Source: an uncultured virus (IMG/VR IMGVR_UViG_3300025922_000001) (Duplodnaviria > Heunggongvirae > Uroviricota > Caudoviricetes). From it: DNA of 64,000 nt. Made by a program: the position numbers and the translations under genes. Positions 62,493 through 64,000 of this stretch are shown one piece after another; within the stretch, counting starts at the first letter, position 1; each line of letters begins with the position of its first letter. The notes under the pieces are model-generated. The model made no database searches, was not told the DNA's origin, and worked only from the letters and a program-made list of their open reading frames with translations. The DNA lies in the IMG/VR virus record IMGVR_UViG_3300025922_000001; one strand, given 5' to 3'.

Positions 62493-63703
62493 GTGCGGTC
62501 AGCTGGGTGGGACTTGGTAAGTTGGGGCTGCCGTGCGCATGGGCCTTGAACGTGTATGGCGGGCATGATGTTCTCGGCTACGATATCAATGGTGGTGCGA
62601 CTGAAGAGGGAAAGTTTGTGTCACGAACTAATTCCCTTGACGATGTTGTCAAGCACACTGATGATGTCGTGTACGTCGCTGTCCAGACGCCGCATGCCGC
62701 TGATTTTGGTGGCGAAATCGCGATGGATGATGACTTCGTACCTGAAGATTTCGAGTATGGCTATCTCATCAACGCGGTGCGTGCGATCGCTAAGACGGCA
62801 GGTGATCTTGGCAAGACCATCACGATTGTCATCGTCTCGACTGTGCTTCCCGGTACGGTCGACCGTGACATTCGTCCGTTGCTCAATGTGCACACACGAC
62901 TTGTGTACCACCCGTTTTTCATCGCCATGGGCACCGTGATCGATGACTTCACCAACCCAGAATTCGTGCTGCTCGGTGTGGACACTCCGGGTGACGAACA
63001 GCGGGTCCTTGATCTCTATGATGGCATGCATTCTTCGCCGCCTTGCGTGGTCTCGATTGCGTCGGCTGAACTTACGAAGGTGGCCTACAACACCTTCATC
63101 ACTATGAAGATTGTGTTCGCCAACACGATGGCGGAAATGTGCGACAACACTGGCGCTGACGTCGATGAGGTGACGACCGCCCTCGGCTATGGTACTGACC
63201 GCATCATCTCGACGAAGTACCTCACCGCTGGAATGGGTGATGGCGGAGCGTGCCACCCGCGTGACAACATTGCCATGTCAGCGCTTGCGGTCAAGCACAA
63301 CATGTCGGTCGACTTGATGGGATATCTCGTCTCGGCACGGCAGGCGCATGCGTCGTGGCAGGCAAGTCTCATTGTGAAGTGGCAGCGCCTCACTGGACTG
63401 CCAATCACCATCTTCGGTATGACATATAAGCCGGGTGTCGATTCTACTGCAGGCTCTCCCGCGATGCTACTCGCTGATCTTCTCGCAGGTGCAGGCATCA
63501 AGTTCTTGCACACTGACTTCATCGTTGAGGGCAAGGACCCGTACATGTCCACCTCGTCTTTCACAGCACGCATTTTCTTCATCGCGACGAAGCACCCTGA
63601 ATACGCCAACATCACGTTCCCGAGCGGTAGCGTCGTGATTGATCCGTTTGGTTACATTCCTGCGGCTTCGCACATCACGCTTGTTACGCCCGGTCGTAAG
63701 TAG
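62489..63703 (+). CDS. UDP-glucose/GDP-mannose 6-dehydrogenase family
   Basis: GLGKLGLP, VAVQTP, STVLPGT, SAELTKVAYNTF, GDGGACHPRD, YKP. Confidence 0.92.
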   Translation: MSAVSWVGLGKLGLPCAWALNVYGGHDVLGYDINGGATEEGKFVSRTNSLDDVVKHTDDVVYVAVQTPHAADFGGEIAMDDDFVPEDFEYGYLINAVRAIAKTAGDLGKTITIVIVSTVLPGTVDRDIRPLLNVHTRLVYHPFFIAMGTVIDDFTNPEFVLLGVDTPGDEQRVLDLYDGMHSSPPCVVSIASAELTKVAYNTFITMKIVFANTMAEMCDNTGADVDEVTTALGYGTDRIISTKYLTAGMGDGGACHPRDNIAMSALAVKHNMSVDLMGYLVSARQAHASWQASLIVKWQRLTGLPITIFGMTYKPGVDSTAGSPAMLLADLLAGAGIKFLHTDFIVEGKDPYMSTSSFTARIFFIATKHPEYANITFPSGSVVIDPFGYIPAASHITLVTPGRK

Positions 63704-63714
63704 GAGGTCCAGTG

Positions 63715-64000
63715 GTGACTCGCGGAATCGACGTCTCACGTTATCAGGGATATCTGAACTGGGAAGCGATGCCTGACTGGGTCGAGTTTGCCTACATCGG
63801 TTTGATGGATTGGCGAAACAACTGCGTCGATAAAATGGCACGAACGAATGCTATCAACGCGAGTCGTACTCGAGTTACTGGCGGGTACTATCGGGTTGAT
63901 GCTGTGAAGCGTTCGCCGTATGCTGAAGCGATGGACATGCTCGGTGTCATTGATGCACTTGGCCTCATGCTTCCTGGTAATCTCTTTCCGGCTGTTGACA
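63715..64000 (+). CDS. GH25 muramidase (endolysin), truncated by window end
   Basis: AGGAGG RBS; translates MTRGIDVSRYQG.LNW....DWVEFAYI...GGYY. Confidence 0.75.
   Translation, partial: MTRGIDVSRYQGYLNWEAMPDWVEFAYIGLMDWRNNCVDKMARTNAINASRTRVTGGYYRVDAVKRSPYAEAMDMLGVIDALGLMLPGNLFPAVD

Overview
A 64-kb segment of a large tailed actinobacteriophage genome. No capsid, tail or integrase gene is recognisable in the window. The left arm (1-26 kb, minus strand) holds WhiB, tRNA and tRNA-like genes, and a probable cytosine sugar-hypermodification pathway (dCMP-type thymidylate synthase homologue, dNMP kinase, arabinose-5-phosphate-isomerase-like SIS protein, nucleotidyltransferase-kinase, GT-B glycosyltransferase, dNTPase, Dcm-like enzyme). 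It also holds replication/recombination genes (family A polymerase, SNF2 helicase, Cas4-like nuclease, Sak4-like ATPase, SSB, RuvC-like) and RtcB. The plus strand carries a primase-helicase, an iteron-rich origin, ThyX, about 20 kb of small promoter-RBS-ORF cassettes, and a holin / glycan-synthesis / GH25 lysin block. Two RNA-level signals stand out. (1) At least nine intact and two variant type II hammerhead ribozymes each sit between a stop codon and the next ribosome-binding site; several have interchangeable stem II arms, so excised ORFs could circularise, and the phage encodes RtcB. (2) An approximately 460-nt end-paired non-coding RNA downstream of a conserved uncharacterised gene contains two circularly permuted tRNA folds and a tRNA with a non-canonical anticodon arm. 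Protein calls come from motif recognition only; RNA structures were folded by eye.
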